DNA from: an uncultured Desulfosarcina sp.
Lineage (GTDB): Bacteria; Desulfobacterota; Desulfobacteria; Desulfobacterales; Desulfosarcinaceae
Length of the DNA stretch: 64,000 nucleotides
NCBI GenBank assembly: GCA_963674945.2
Contig: CAXXWQ010000004.1
Coordinates: forward strand, 896,001-960,000
Direction of reading: 5' to 3'
A program made the translations under genes and the position numbers. The first letter of the stretch is position 1, and the number at the start of each line of letters is the position of its first letter. A model generated the notes under the pieces. It had not been told where the DNA came from. It worked only from the letters and a program-made list of their open reading frames with translations, and did no database searches. Positions 62,508 to 64,000 of the stretch are shown piece by piece.

Positions 62508-63970
62508 GCGTCCTCCTTTTGGTAGATGGTCAGATCGGGCGATTGTACCGTCAACTCCAATAGATCCTCACGGCGGGTCAGATGCAAGGCGCCGGGTTCG
62601 GGCAGGCAACGGGTGCGCTGTTCGAGCAGATTGGCGATATACTCGCAGGAAAAGGCTTGGAAAACGAAGGCATCCTCCATTGCCCTGGCAACGGCCTCGG
62701 GGCCGTGAATTTCGCTTAGGGCGACGATTTTCTGCACATGATGATAGGGGTTCATGCGTCGCTGTTCGAGCTTTCGATAATATTGTTCGGATTTTGGCGA
62801 CAGGGATAAAAACCGCATGACGATCTTCTTTTCGCGGGCCTTTTTCCGCCATAGCAACAACTGCCTGGGATGATCCGGGTCCTCGAAGTCCTGGTGGCGG
62901 TCATAACTTCTCGCATGGCGAGCAATCAATTTGTTGTCGTGATAAAGACAAAGCCGGTCAGGATAGGTTTTTAGGGTCAGCCGGCGTCCGGCATACTCGG
63001 CCAGCACCGAGTAGCGGTTTGTATCGAGCGTTACGCGGAACTGGCTCGAAGCCCGGACCTGGGAAACGGTAGTGATGTCGAAACGATGCCTCGGCAAAGG
63101 GTTTAAAACAGATCGCTCTTTTTCGAACCGTTCGATGGGTTTTTCGTGGGTTTCGCCATGAATACGCGGGTTGGCCACCGAATCGATCCAGTACCTGGCT
63201 GCCGGATGAATCGAAGGAAAATCGGGAATGTCCAATCCGGCCAGAAAGTTCTTTTTCACATAGCCGACGCCGTTTTCCACGCGCCCTTTTTCATTGCCTT
63301 TGCCTACGTTGCAAGCCGCTATGTTAAATCCGTAGTAATTGGCAAAATCCAGGTACTTGGGATTGAAAACCGGGACCATACCGATAATTCTTTTGAGAAC
63401 GGCGCTTTTGAGATTGTCCACCATGATTTTGCGGGGCACCCCGCCGAAGTACTCAAAGGCGTTTTGATGGCATCCCAGAAAATGCTCCATGGTTTGGGAG
63501 ACGGTGAACTCCACATACATCAAGCGGCTATGGCAAAGCACCATTACGAAAAAACTGAGCCGTCTGCGTGTATTGCCGACATTGACGGAACCATAGGATC
63601 CCCAATCGACTTGGGCACATTCGCCCGGAGCGAACGACAGGGTGAGATATGCACTGGTCTTGGGCGGCCTGACCTTTCTGACGTAGTCCTTGACGATGGA
63701 ATAGCGGCCTGTAAAACCCTTCTCCAGGATACGTTGAAAGATCTGGGTGGCGGTGTAGGGATGGGCTTCGAGCGATCGAACGATTTCTTGTTTGAAGGGA
63801 TCGAGCTTGCTGGTGCGCGAAGTGCTTTGACGAGGTTTGAAGTGGGCTTCGCCAAGCCATTTGCGGACCGTTCTCACGTCCATTGAAAGCTCTTGGGCGA
63901 TCTGCGGGGCGGTCAATCCATCGCTTGTTCTCAGGTGGTTGATTTTGCAGTAAAGGGCATAATCGATCAT
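62504..63970 (-). CDS. istA: IS21 transposase IstA
   Basis: AQVDWG, VDNLKS, KGRVENGVGYVK. Confidence 0.95.
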   Translation of the reverse strand: MIDYALYCKINHLRTSDGLTAPQIAQELSMDVRTVRKWLGEAHFKPRQSTSRTSKLDPFKQEIVRSLEAHPYTATQIFQRILEKGFTGRYSIVKDYVRKVRPPKTSAYLTLSFAPGECAQVDWGSYGSVNVGNTRRRLSFFVMVLCHSRLMYVEFTVSQTMEHFLGCHQNAFEYFGGVPRKIMVDNLKSAVLKRIIGMVPVFNPKYLDFANYYGFNIAACNVGKGNEKGRVENGVGYVKKNFLAGLDIPDFPSIHPAARYWIDSVANPRIHGETHEKPIERFEKERSVLNPLPRHRFDITTVSQVRASSQFRVTLDTNRYSVLAEYAGRRLTLKTYPDRLCLYHDNKLIARHARSYDRHQDFEDPDHPRQLLLWRKKAREKKIVMRFLSLSPKSEQYYRKLEQRRMNPYHHVQKIVALSEIHGPEAVARAMEDAFVFQAFSCEYIANLLEQRTRCLPEPGALHLTRREDLLELTVQSPDLTIYQKEDA

Positions 63971-64000
63971 GGCCGGCCCTCCCCGATGCGCTTGAAGATC

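Larger units (their letters stand above)
61684..64000 (-). mobile_element. IS21-family element (other end outside the window)
   Basis: istA-istB pair; candidate TG-initiated end TGATTATGCCGAG at 61684. Confidence 0.8.

Overview
The window looks like Desulfobacterota (Desulfobacteraceae-like) DNA, inferred from gene content and repeats, and it has two parts. (1) About 1-37,000 is a single-strand accessory metabolic/stress island. It carries duplicated glycolytic genes (gapN x2, pyk x2, pfkB, gpmA, class I fba), two PTS Enzyme I paralogues, cbpA/cbpM, nhaA, an orphan groEL, a PAS-sigma54 activator, a GT4/GT4/GH130/GH130 cluster and many deleted gene scars. Two promoters share the same geometry of tandem enhancer boxes plus a sigma54-type -24/-12 element. 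(2) About 37,400-64,000 is a tandem array of related integrative elements targeting tRNA-Lys(CTT). Each unit ends in an XRE repressor, a tyrosine integrase and an att site flanked by arm-type TGACAAG repeats. The units share a scaffold of two AbiEi-type antitoxin genes, and the slots between them hold different TA or defence-like cargo (BrnT/CopG, Xre-RES, AAA-DUF4143, an ankyrin pair). All four AbiEii-type toxin copies are broken while all four antitoxins are intact. Three IS elements are present: a 2.46 kb element with a clean 5-bp target duplication, an IS66-like element with a DUF4338 (DruA/Mom-like) gene coupled to tnpC, and an IS21-family element. Family names come from motif recognition only; no database search was run.
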